Positions 39,694 through 52,009 of a DNA stretch of 64,000 nt are shown one piece after another. The translations under genes and the position numbers were made by a program. The DNA comes from Octopus vulgaris (lineage: Eukaryota). Each line of letters begins with the position of its first letter. The first letter of the stretch is position 1. The stretch is from assembly GCA_951406725.2 (NCBI GenBank), contig OX597817.1, positions 24,118,001 through 24,182,000 of the forward strand. Direction: 5' to 3'. The notes under the pieces are model-generated. The model was not told the origin of the DNA. It ran no database searches and saw nothing but the letters and a program-made list of their open reading frames with translations.

Positions 39694-39972
39694 TTGTCAT
39701 TTTAACATAAGTAATTTCCCATCCTTTACCAACCATTCACTATGTCTATCCTTCAACCCTGCCCATTTTTACATTTGTTTGCCCTCACTCTTTCCTTCAT
39801 CAAATACTTCATATCTCACTCGCCAATGCAATCATGTAACAGTTTACAATCCTTGTTCCTCTGTCCCCACTAATATCAACTAACCTTGCACTTTGAGGAT
39901 CCAAGCAGACATAAATATATATACAGGGTGTATATGATCAAAAAGAAAACACAACAACGCAAGGACGTGGAA

Positions 39973-40152
39973 ATTGCTAGAAATAAGAGTCAAAACAACT
40001 CTTAGTCATGTGAGAGCACTTTTCTACTGACCGGCATATATTTGTATGTATGTATGTATACATACATACATACATACATACAAATATATGTCAGTCATTA
40101 GAAAAGTGCTCTCACATAACTAAGAGTTGTTTTGACTCTTATTTCTAGCAAT
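39973..40152. repeat. ~180-bp near-perfect palindrome centred on (TATG)n/(CATA)n
   Basis: attgctagaaataagagtcaaaaacaactcttagt ... actaagagttgtttttgactcttatttctagcaat. Confidence 0.9.
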
Positions 40153-40464
40153 GCTGGTGCTGAGTAGTACTCTCAGTTACTTTAGTAACAAATATACTTG
40201 TTACCTTTTGATTGTAAATTGCAAACAGCCACCTTAATAATGTGTGTGTGTGTGTAAAGTTTACAAAAAGTTTAGCATAACTAAAACAAAGAGGGTTTAG
40301 TTAATAACAAATAAAATGAATTTAATCCCTTCTATGAGTATTGTGAGTGTATAGAAATGTTAATGGATGTGTGTCAGTTTCAATAATGAGTGTTTTAATT
40401 CTTGAGCAGTAAAACAGTTTTCATTGAAATAGTAAGTGGCAATATATTCCAATGACATGAATAC

Positions 40465-40890
40465 ATATAGAGAATACCAAACGAGTTCCCTATGGATACC
40501 GTATTTATTACAACTCGTGGCTTGTAAACGTATCTAACGAGCGAAAGTGAGTTAGATACGTTTACAAGCCACGAGTTGTAATAAATACGGTATCCATAGG
40601 GAATGAGTTTGGTATTTTATTTATTACACACGAATAAACGACCATATTTCATTAACCCAATAACTAAATTCTTCACGTTTAGTTGTAACTTATGAATGAC
40701 AAAAGTAGTGCCGTCACCGTGACCTCAAGTCATCACCATGGATTGACCAATCAGAAGCAGCACTGTCACCATGACCTCGGGTCATCACCATGGATTGACC
40801 AATCAGAAGCAGCGCTCGCAGTATCTGACATATGTTAGCTACCAAAAATATCTCAAAGTGTTCTCACTCACATGTGTGTAATAAATATAA
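40465..40890. mobile_element. Palindromic non-autonomous DNA element (possibly Crypton-related)
   Basis: 53-bp perfect stem 40486-40538 / 40551-40603; second inverted repeat TTTATTACACAC (~40619) / GTGTGTAATAAA (~40874); 52-bp tandem with GACCAATCAG. The superfamily call is recollection only. Confidence 0.45.
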
Positions 40891-41100
40891 TTATCAGACA
40901 CTTTTTAATCTGAGGGGAGGCAATGTGAGCAGCAACTAAAGGAACATTACAAAATCCACAGAGAGATCAAACACATACTTATATTCACTAGCGATCTCAA
41001 GATATAACTTTGTATTTTGTAATAAGCAGATTAATAACTCAGTGACCACTGTCAGACAGGTTTTATTTTAGTTTACCTTATTTATTTATTTTATTTGGAT

Positions 41101-41313
41101 CCGTGCCGGTGGCATGTAAAAATCACCCACTACACTCTCAGAGTGGTTGGTGTTAGGAAGGGCATCCAGTGGTAGAAACTCTGCCAGATCAAGATTGGAG
41201 CTTGGTGCAGCCATCTGGTTTGCCAACAGCCCTCAGTCAAAATCGTCAAACCCATGCTAGCATGGAAAGCGGACGTTAAACGACGACGATGATGATGATG
41301 ATGATGATGATGA
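41101..41313 (+). mobile_element. RTE 3' fragment with TSD
   Basis: TSD tttattttatttggat 41085-41100 / 41319-41334. Confidence 0.88.
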
Positions 41314-41954
41314 TTTATTTTATTTTATTTGGATATCTGTCCCTCTGACAGGCTGCAAATACTTTCTGCCTAACCAGTTTCTCTCACAAGGCTTGGGTCA
41401 TTGCAGAGCTAAGGCAAAAAGATAATTACAAGTCTCCATGCAGTAGGATAAAACCTAGGAAGTCATCATTGCAAAGTAAACTCCTTAACCATTCAGACAT
41501 GCTGGTGTGTAACCATAGAAATAATTGCACGATAATAAAATACATAACAAAAGTTAAATGGAAACGAATACATTTACAAAGAACTGCTACAACGTATAAA
41601 TATTTTTTCCCTTCTCTTGATGATACAATACAATATGAAACTTTATGAATGGGTACAGGAAAAAATAGATACGTATTTTTGTATTCATATTTCTTTTTCC
41701 CTATGTATTTTGTCAAGTACATTTTAACATGCATATTGTATTATTTCATTGTTATGGTTTTGCGTCATGCACAGAGAATTTTACATTACTATAACATGAG
41801 AATATATGGAAAGACTTGCTGAGAAATTAGTCTTTATCTATCTATCTATCTCTATATATCTCTATCTATCTTTCTACCTACCTCTCTCTCTCTTTATATA
41901 TACATATACATATATACACACATATATATATATATATTTATATATATAATATAT

Positions 41955-42038
<84 letters not shown>

Positions 42039-42967
42039 TGAGTACCTTATTTACTGTGGTTAACCCCGACTCAACCCGGGACCTACATATATATAGATAT
42101 GCACACACACGTATGCAGGCCAATATGTAATAATGCATACACACACATCTATATATGCACATGTGTGCGTGCGAATATCAATATACACTTCTTTATTTAT
42201 TTCTCTCTGGTTCCTCTATGCACACTATCGCATTAGCCAGTAGAATAAACACATAAGTCTATTTATGGAAACTTGACCATTTTTTAGTATTTTTCCCTTC
42301 CATTTTGTAGTTTACTTCTCACTTTAAAAAACCCCCTCTTATACCTTTTTCTGTACCCATCTCTTAAAGTCATTCTAACATATCACTCCACCTCACACAC
42401 GTCATACAAATACATTACTTACATTCTTATCTCATCCTACCCCTCCCCTACTCCTCTCTCATCTCCCCTCTTAATATCTTGACTACCAACTAACACTCCT
42501 TTTCAGTTTTTTCACTTCCTTACACCTTTTTACCTTTTCCCTTCCTTTTTCTTTCCTTCTTCTTTTCTCACCTTTTCCTTTGACCTCTCTCCTCATTTTA
42601 ACATGCACATCTCTTCTTCCCTCTCTTTTCACTTAATACTATCACTATATTCTCAAATTTTCATTCTTACCACAAGACCCCTTTGAATGAACAGCACATG
42701 GAATCCATGTCATCACACTTTCCATTTGTGATGACAGGATATGAACTCTTATTGGAATTTACATACCATGGACAGGCAGCATTTATACCACTTCTACACA
42801 CCACTTACTTTGGATAATGGAATTGCAACTTTAGCACCTTTATACATTTTAATTTTTATTTCTAAATTCATTCTCCTATTTCCCTATATACTCCTTATTT
42901 GCTTCCTTTTCCCAAATAACTCCTATATTGATCTCTAATATTTCCCTCTATTTAACCATCTCACATC

Positions 42968-43015
42968 GTCTCTGATGAAGGGATATCCCCACTATCCCAG
43001 AAACAGCTGTAAGAC
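42968..43015 (+). ncRNA. Type I hammerhead ribozyme motif at the end of a pyrimidine-rich, Penelope-like repeat (~42300-43080)
   Basis: GTCT-CTGATGA-A-GGGATA(tccccac)TATCCC-A-GAAAC-AGCT-GTA-AGAC: stem I GTCT/AGAC, stem II 6 bp, palindromic stem III ACAGCTGT, GUA triplet. Confidence 0.75.
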
Positions 43016-43350
43016 TTTCTCTTTATAAATGCCCTGAAAACTCCACACAGCCTTGGCTTTATTGCCTCATTTTATTTAGCATATACACGCTCATACAAGA
43101 CCCACATTGGACTCCTCACTCGTATCATTATTGAACTGAGAATTAAACTACGGCCCTTCCATAGCATTTGCATAGTGTTACATGCCACCTTGGGTCTTCT
43201 GGATACCAATATTTCTCTCTCTTTCTCTCTCTCTCTCTCTGTATATATATATATATATATTTTTTTTTGCACACTATATATATGAGTAGTTGGTGACCCT
43301 CTATGTCTATTTTCTGTTCGTTTGTGCATTTATGATTTTCAACTTCTATA

Positions 43351-43385
<35 letters not shown>

Positions 43386-43455
43386 CATGCATATATATAT
43401 ATACACATACATACATACATGTATGTATATATATCTGTCTATCTATCTATCCATA

Positions 43456-43547
<92 letters not shown>

Positions 43548-44397
43548 TTTAAAATATATATGCATAATATATATGTATTTGGATGTGTGTGGTAATTGAG
43601 GTCATATTTTCATGACTTCTCATTTTGTACAACAAAACGAAAAAAAGAAGAAAAAGAAAACAAAAAGAAAGATAGGTAACTATGGCTATGCCAATTCAAA
43701 TTGCATGCCAAATCTGCCGAATCTATGGCATCTGTGCACATACATATTGGTGTTTCACATCTATTTTAGCAGTTGAGGTTCTGCAAAGAATCATGATGCC
43801 ATTATCAAAGAATATCATAGAAAATTCTATATAGCTTGTATTTAGTTCTAACATAATTATCCTACATTATTTGCCACCTCAACATTTGTTTTTCACATAC
43901 TTTGGTTCCTGGTTCAAAGGTCCAGTTGAAAGGAACACACAGCTTTAAGAATGCTTGTTCAACATGCAACCAGATATATTTTTATTCATATCTGCCTATT
44001 TCTATTACTTATATTTAACATGTAACAGTCTAATGATATTTTATTAATGCTTAACAAAGATATTTTAAATATTGGTTATGATTTTATGCTTTTTACAGAA
44101 TATATTTATATATCAATTTTAGTGTCTGAATAAACATTTAATGTTTATTGATATCAATATCTATGTTATTTAACATCATATTATTATCAAGTGTGGAATC
44201 TAATTTATATAATTTTAACATGGAAATTGTTAGCTATATTGAAAAATTTTATTTCATCTTATAGCAAGGTTTATTCTTCTACAGTTAGCTTGAACATAAC
44301 TTAAGCCCCTGTGAAACAAAGGAACTAAAAAGCGAAGACAGATTATTAGGTGAAAATAATTTTGGCAGCCACAAAAAGAGAAAAATACTGCTAAGCA

Positions 44398-44810
44398 TCA
44401 TCTGTGGGTGATTGTTGTCAGAGCAGCTAACTGGCTTCCGTGCCGGTGGCACATAAATAGCATCATCTTACCAGCATCATCTTACTGGCACTTGTGCCAG
44501 TGGCATGTGAAAAAACATTTGGGTGAGGCCATTGCCAGTGCCGCTGGACTGGCTCCTGTGCAGGTGGCACATAAAAAAACATCATTTGAGTGTGGCCATT
44601 GCCAGTACAACCTGACTGGCCCTTGTGCTGGTGGTACATAAAAGCACCCACTACACTGGTGTTAGGAAGGGCATCCAGCTGTAGAAACTCTGCCAGATCA
44701 GATTGGAGCCTGGTGGGTGCAGCCATCTGGTTCGTCAGTCCTCTGTCAAATCGTCCAACCCATACTAGCAAGGAAAGCGGACGTTAAACAATGACGATAA
44801 TGATGATGAC
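44398..44810 (+). mobile_element. RTE LINE 3' fragment
   Basis: 3' UTR repeats and GCGGACGTTAAAC tail; same subfamily as 30690-31356. Confidence 0.8.
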
Positions 44811-44996
44811 TGCTTCATGATATAATGTTTCTGGTTATAAACCTTTAACAGCTTGTAGCCTAAAACATTACACATCTCACAATACATATGTTTATTTCTA
44901 TGTCAAGTTATATATAAAAAGACTTTAATATTCATCTGACCAATTACTGAATGCTGCTTAGTAGAGTAAATATTTGTTAAACTTGTGGAAAGGAAA

Positions 44997-45209
44997 GGCG
45001 GTGGGCTGGCAGAAATGTTAGCATGCCGGGCAAAATGCTTGGCAGTATTTCGTCTGTCTTTACGTTCCAAGTTCAAAATTCGCCAAGGTTGACTTTGGCT
45101 TTCATCCTTTTGTGGTCGATAAATTAAGTACCAGTTGCAGACTGGGGTTGATCTTATTGACTGGCCCTCTCCCCGAAAATTTCGGTCTTTTTTCTTAGAG
45201 TAGAAAAGA
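44997..45209 (+). mobile_element. SINE family B
   Basis: Family B head and core; repeated flank aaactt(g/a)tggaa. Confidence 0.85.
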
Positions 45210-45464
45210 AACTTATGGAAGGAAAATAATGGCAGTAGTAATTTTGAATTTCCAGTATGCTTACATTCTTCAGACTGTGTTTATTGGGGCTGTTCTTGGA
45301 CATGTTAGTCTCTCATAATTTGAATGTTTGGAGGAAGGGGAGGCGAAAGAATGTGAAAGGGTACTTAGATCTATTGTAAGCAGTCTGAGGAAGTAGTGAT
45401 AAAGGAAGCAGGAGAAAAGTATTTGTTGGAGATGATAGAAAGTTATTGTGAGGAGATTTTATTT

Positions 45465-45802
45465 CAGTTCTATATTTAAGAGATGAGGAATTATGCCCAT
45501 TATTTACACTATTTACATTTGACAGATATTTGTCCTCATCTTGTTTGTTGTTAACACAATGCTTCAGCTGATGTACACTCCAGCCTTCATCAGGTGTCTT
45601 GGGGAAATTTTGAACCTGGGTTCTCATTCCTAAGGTATTTTTCGATGTTATTATTATTATTACTATTATTCAGCTCACTGCCTGGAATTGAACTTGGAAT
45701 CTTGGGGTTAGTAGCCCGAACTCTTAACCACTGGCATATGGCGTAGTGGTTAAGAGCGTGGGCTACTAACCCTAAGATTCCGAGTTTGATTCCAGGCAGA
45801 GA

Positions 45803-45844
<42 letters not shown>

Positions 45845-45997
45845 CAAGAACAAGAACAACAACAACACCATAAAAAATACCTTAGGAATGAGAACCCAGG
45901 TTTGAAATTACCCCAAGACACCTGATGAAGGCTGGAGGGTATATCAGCTGAAACAAGATGAGGACAAATATACATCAAATGTAAATAATGTAAATAA
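45465..45997. mobile_element. Palindromic tRNA-head/hammerhead-tail element, copy 2
   Basis: Arms ~45500-45732 and ~45744-45997; TSD gagattttattt 45453-45464 / 45998-46009; CTGATGAAGGCTGG...CAGC in both arms, GAAA region mutated or truncated. Confidence 0.8.
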
Positions 45998-46435
45998 GAG
46001 ATTTTATTTAGTTTGATGTTGGAATATGTTGGTTGTTTTAGATTCAGTCAAGCATGGAAGCATGTCAAATTCAGGTTGCAATATTCTTTGTATAAGTCAG
46101 TTTATGTAATGAGTTGAGTTTTACAAACAGAATGCCTGAAAATAAATTTAGTTGGTAACACCGCATATGCCAAACGATGTTTGAACTAGTTTTGGTGAAA
46201 TTAGATTTCTAGTCAGAAATTTTAAACAGATTGTTTTGTGGAAGTAAGAATTGAGAAGACTACATTACTACAAATATTTAATGGGGTTTTCTAGTCTTTG
46301 TTTTGTGTGGTTATTTATAGTGATATTATATAAATAATTAATATAGAAAATTGCATACACATAATTCCATGATTTTACTCATAACCAGATTAATGCACAA
46401 GGATGATACATTTTTCCATAGTATATCCCATTATA

Positions 46436-46968
46436 TCTATTATATAAAATCCGTTCTGTCTGTCTTTATGTAGGTCTTCTAGGATCTCGGGCATCCTCCA
46501 CCTGATTACGCTCAAATTTGATATGTAGATACCGAGGGTATCAGGGCGTGTATAAATCTTGAAAAATTACAAAAATCGATTTCTGGTGAGAATGCGATCG
46601 ATAAAGCCGTGGGAACATGCATTTGTACGTGCAAGTACATCAGCTGTTGTGCACACAAGAAAAATGCACGTGCAGTTTGCACAAAAAAAGCTGACTTGCT
46701 TGAAATAATGCCACAAAATGCAGTATATTTAAGAGACCAAAAAAGTAAGATGCAAAAGAGATATTTTCTTCAAACTTGGCATGAAGGAAGGAAAGACTAT
46801 TTGGTTTCTCAAGAAGTTTATTTTGCCTTAACTTTGTTTAACAAACCCCAAAATTTTATTGAAATAAAGGCTTGCTTAATTATTTTTTAATGAAAAGAAA
46901 ACACTGATTGCTTTTTATTCAGCAGATATGATTCAGCACCGTCCATTGGATGGGGGGTGTTTTGCTCA
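46436..46968 (+). mobile_element. Non-autonomous Helitron-like element
   Basis: 5' TCTATTATATAAAA + (CTGT)n + CTCAAATTTG block; 3' hairpin CCGTCC-ATT-GGATGG ~12 bp before a degenerate CTAG end. Confidence 0.55.
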
Positions 46969-48445
46969 TATATATATATATATATATATAAATACAGCAA
47001 TACATACACACATGAACCCTGAAATGTTCATATATCTTTGCCCATATGCATGCATACATTTTCAAATATGTCCATATATATGTAATTACATGCATCAGTA
47101 AACAAAATCCAGTTTCACTCACAACACATGTTAGACTAATTAACTCTTTAACATCAGGCTTAGGCATTATCAACAAGAAAATCAGCAACCCATTCATACC
47201 GAAAACAAAAACACACTTGACATGAACTCTCTGGAGTAGCACACATGCCATGATAGATTGATTTAATAAGATCCCTGACAAAAATAAGTGCCATTTCTTG
47301 CAGTTCCTCATGGAAGACTATTATGCTATAATATCAAAACCAACACTTAGAATATTCTTACTCCAAAGCATAACACTGACAGAAAAATATATTAATAGTC
47401 ATTAAAAGTCACAATTATAACCCTCAGAAGTAATGTTAGAAATATCTAAACTATTGCTACTACCAATCCCACTTTTGCTAGTGAACTCATTTCTAAGCTT
47501 ATGATGGACCTTCTATGTGGTCGTTTGAATAGTAGTAGTTCAGCCTCCATTAGATCACATAGTACTAGTAAAAGAGTGAAAAAACACAACAGGTAATACT
47601 GTCCTAGATATATTTCTTGGACTGTTGTTTTTGTTTTTGATGGTGCCAGATATGTGACAAGTAAAACTCTTTCAATAATAGCAAGACACAGCTAAAAACC
47701 TTAAAACTTTAAAAAGTTTTCTCTTCCCAATATTAGATGATCTTTTAGGGTAATCAGACTTTTGTAACATTGCCAAAACTCTGTAATAAATAATCTAAGA
47801 ACACTTTAGTAGTAAGAATCACTGACACTGAAATGAAAATGTGGAGGAATTATTGCAGCCAAGGTACTATTATTATAGCAAAGAATGAATCACCATCTTT
47901 CCTATGAATAAGCTATGCTAATTATCACCAGGTCTTCTTTAATTGAGTCAGAAAAAATAAGATGAGTTACACCTGTCAAAATATTAAGAAATCGCTGCTG
48001 GTGATTAGTGTTAACAATTTAAATTAATTGTGAGAAGAACATTAAAAAGCAATGGTCAACCTTCTCATTATAAAAGAATACAAAGCACAAAAAATAACAG
48101 TATAAAAACACTGCCTAAATAATCATGCAATTAATATTCTGTATACAGTTATACTCTTGACAATCTTAAAGGTACTACAAGGAAAAATTGCCATGAAACA
48201 ATAAAGGAAGGAAATAATATTATAATGATGAAAACATTTTATAATTCCATATGCAAACATAGATTTCTGTCAGAAGTTCTAGTTGTTGTTGCTGGTGATG
48301 TTGCTATGCTACAAGTCAAACTGGATGAATACATCTATGATCAGAGATGATAAAATCATTACAAATCTGTGATTTGCTTACAAGATTATAGATAATTTAA
48401 CATCTATTTTATTTCATGTATATATATATATATATATATATATAC

Positions 48446-48705
48446 CATCATCAGCTTCATCATTATCACTTAACATCCACTTTCCATGCTGGCATGGGTT
48501 GGACAATTTGAATAAGAACTGGTAGTCCAGGAGGCTGCACCAGGTCCAACCTTATTTGGCAATGTTTCTAAAGCTGGTGTCCTTCCTAAAACCAACCACT
48601 CTGAGAGTGTAGTGGCACCAGCATGGGAACCAGTCAGGTGGCACTGACATTGGCCATGCTCGAATGGTGGTTTTTCTATGCTACCAGCATGGGTGCCAGT
48701 CAGGC
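48446..48705 (-). mobile_element. RTE LINE 3' fragment
   Basis: Diverged reverse-complement match to the RTE tail. Confidence 0.75.
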
Positions 48706-48751
48706 AGCAGATATATATATATATAGATATATATACACATATATATATATA

Positions 48752-50418
48752 CTAGCATTATGACCCGTCGTTGCCAGGCCATAGTGCTAGTGCATGTATA
48801 TATGTATATATATATGTGTACATATTACATGTACATCTATATATATATACATCTACACATAAAATACAAAATACAAACTTATATCTTGATATCGCTAGTG
48901 ATAACAATACTCAAAATATATAACAGACTGGAATTGTATCTCCGTCCTTGCAATTTCGTTCAATTGGATCTTGTCCTCCCTCTTGTATAGAAGTGTGGCT
49001 ACAATCCAGCCTAGCTCTACTTCTGGGGGGGGGAGATTTAATTTTTATCCGGGACGTCCTATGTCCCAGATATAAAGGTAAAAGTAAAATATTTCCACTT
49101 TGCAAGGTTCGAGTCGAGTACTCCCTTGCACGCTCCATTGACTCAAACCTTGCTTCTATTGTGGCGAATTTACCGCCTCTGGTTAGATATCTTCCATAGT
49201 CGCACCAAGACACTTTTCGATGGTGCTTTCCTCCAGGTGTTCAAATGTTTTTTTTTCTCTACATTGTTTACTTTATAGACAATACTCTTTTCTTTAATTT
49301 AATTTTTTATTTCGTTTGGTGGTGTTATCCTAGATTCACTGTTTTTGTCGGTGATCAGTCCAAAATAGGTTTGTATTTCTTCCATTTTAATTTTAATGAG
49401 TTCGCGCCCGCCAACAGCTGCAGCGAAATTCATTTTTGGACTTTCTTCTATCGAAGGCATTCTAACAAAAATGCTTCCATGTAAACGGTGAAAATATTGT
49501 CAATTTACCCAAACAGGGACACAATTCAATTTTTAAACAATAACCAAAGCCCCTTCTCCCAAAGAGGGAGGGTTACAGTTTACAATTATTTAACAAATGC
49601 AACACAACTACGTTTCCCTTACGAGGAACCAACAAACATGATAACAATAGTTAAACAGTAATAATAATAACAGTACTCAGTAGAAGCGCTGTTTGAGAAA
49701 ACAGACATTGCATACAGCCAAACTTCATATAGATACTTAATGCTAGCTGATTAGCAGATAATCTAATGTAAAAGCCATGGTAAAAGGTATTGCACACCTC
49801 CATCTGGACTATTCCATTTCTGCATGCTAATTTTATTTTTAATTGATTCCCATTCATGCGAAACCACTTATTCAAGTTCAAGTCATTGATGCAATTTTAT
49901 ACCAATTACTATTTTTACTTTTGTTATGTTATGATTATATTATACTTTAGTTTGATTTTATTATTACTTACTACATATAATTCAATTGTTAGTATTATTT
50001 TCATTGTTAAAGTGAAAGCATCTAACATAAAATAGGGAAATGTTTTTGTTTCACTTTTAACATGTAATACTGAAATAGTGGAGAAGATATGATATTGCTA
50101 TGGGCTCGCTCTAGGCAAGAAGTTGAACATTTTTTTTTTGCCCATGAAACTACATGGACCCTAGGTAAGGCATGTGTAAAATTTGAATGAAATTGGTTGT
50201 GTAGTTCTCAAGTATTAGGGAATCGTAGTGGAGAAGATATGATATTGCTGTGGGCTCGCCCTAGGCAAAAAATTAAAAACATTTTTTTGCCGATGACACT
50301 CCCCGGACCCTATGTAAGGCATGTGTAAAATTTGAATGAAATTGGTTGTGCAGTTCTCAAGTTTTAGGGAAGCACACTGACAGACAGACACACATTCTCA
50401 GTTTTATATGTATAGAGA
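48752..50418 (-). mobile_element. Non-autonomous Helitron with captured cargo
   Basis: Minus strand starts TCTCTATACATATAAAACTGAGAATGTGTGTCTGTCTG, ends with imperfect hairpin CCTGGCAACGACGGG-TCATAATG-CTAG; A|T insertion context; ~149-bp tandem near 5' end (50076-50372). Confidence 0.75.
48925..49460 (-). pseudogene. Disrupted fragment resembling Tx1/L1-type LINE ORF1 (RRM-like)
   Basis: Stitched translation MPSIEESPKMNFAAAVGG...YLTRGGKFATIEARFESMERAREYSTRTLQSGNILLLPLYLGHRTSRIKI..PPEVELGWIVATLL; one stop and frameshifts. Identity is inference. Confidence 0.45.
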
Positions 50419-50571
50419 TATGCATATATATATATATATATGTATGTATTTATATATGTATATATATAGATATATATATACATATATATGTATGCATATA
50501 TGTGTGTGTGTGTATGTGTGTGTGTGTGTGTGTATGCATATGTATGCATGTATATCGGTATATATAATATA

Positions 50572-50893
50572 GTGAACACATATGGTTCAGTGGTTAGAGC
50601 ATCAGGCTCTCAATCATGATGTAGTGAGTTCAATTCCCAGACGGGGTTGTTTGTTGTGTTCTTGAGCAAGACACTTTATTTCGCATTGCTCCAGTTCAAT
50701 GAGCTGTAGAAATGAGTAACGACATCATTAGTTCTTAAGCTGTGTTGGCCTTTGCCTTTTCCTTAGATAACATTGGTGGCATGGAGAGTGGAAGCTGGTA
50801 TGCATGGGTGACTGCTGGTCTTCCATAAACAACTTTGCCCAGACTTGTGCCTCAGCAGATATCTTTCTAGGTGCAAGAAACATGGTCATTCAT
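50572..50893 (+). mobile_element. SINE family D
   Basis: Matches 11010ff; 3' end truncated. Confidence 0.85.
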
Positions 50894-51277
50894 TGCTTTC
50901 CAGCAGCACTTGAACTCTCATTCTCTCTTCTAAAATAATAATGTGGCTACTTCACAGCAAGATATTTACACAGCTCTATCCCACTCTCTCGTGCCTTAAC
51001 CGCTCATCACTTAGCATAAAGCCTCCTTTCACAAGTTTCCTATCTTGCAAGGTGCATAGCAATGTCCCCAATATTATTGACTTGAAAAAAGTACCCTGTG
51101 TATGATATAACATGGTAAGTATTTGAGAAGAACATCCTGTTGTGGAAAGGCTAAAACCGACACTGGAGTCTCATACAGTCCTTGGACTGATCAGATCCTA
51201 TCAAACAGTTCAACCCATGTGAACAGAGAACATGGACATTAATTGACAATGTTTGTGTTTATATGTAGATGTAATAA

Positions 51278-51690
51278 TCATCATCATCGTTTAACGTCCG
51301 TTTTCCATGCTAGCACAGGTTGGATGGTTTGACCGGGATCTGGGAAGTCAGGAGGCCGCACCAGGCTCCAGTCTGATCTGGCAGTGTTTCTACAGCTGGA
51401 TGCCCTTCCTAACACCAACCACTCCATGAGTGTAGTGGGTGCTTTTTACGTGCCACCAGCGTGCATATAAACATATATAAGGGGGTATGTATGTATGTAT
51501 GTATGTATGTATCATCATCATCATTTAATGTCTGTTGTCCATGTTGGCATGGGTTGAACAGTTTGACCAGGGCTGGGAAGCTGAGGGGCTGTACAAGAAT
51601 CCAGCCTGATTTGGCATGGTTTCTACAGCTGGATGCCCTTCCTAACGGCAACCTCTTCAAGAATGTAATTGGTGCTTTTGTGTGCCACTG
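51278..51690 (-). mobile_element. Two adjacent RTE 3' tails (51278-51460, 51511-51690)
   Basis: Each begins (CAT)n-TTTAA(C/T)GTC and contains CTACAGCTGGATGCCCTTCCTAAC. Confidence 0.8.
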
Positions 51691-51777
51691 GCCTGAGTGC
51701 CAGTTGTGTGACACAATAATGCCATAACTACAATACACACACCCATACAGACACACACACACACACTCAAGTATACC

Positions 51778-52009
51778 TATTTCTTTACTACCCACAAGGA
51801 GCTAAACATAGAGGGGACAAACAAGGACAGACAAACGGATTAAGTCGATTACATCGACCCCCAGTGCGTAACTGGTACTTAATTTATCGACCCCGAAAGG
51901 ATGAAATGCAAAGTCAACCTCGGCGGAATTTGAACTCAGAATGTAACGTCAGACGAAATACGGCTACGCATTTCGCCCGGCGTGCTAACGATTCTGCCAG
52001 CTCACAGCT
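51778..52009 (-). mobile_element. SINE family B
   Basis: Perfect 18-bp TSD cacacactcaagtatacc 51760-51777 / 52010-52027. Confidence 0.9.
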
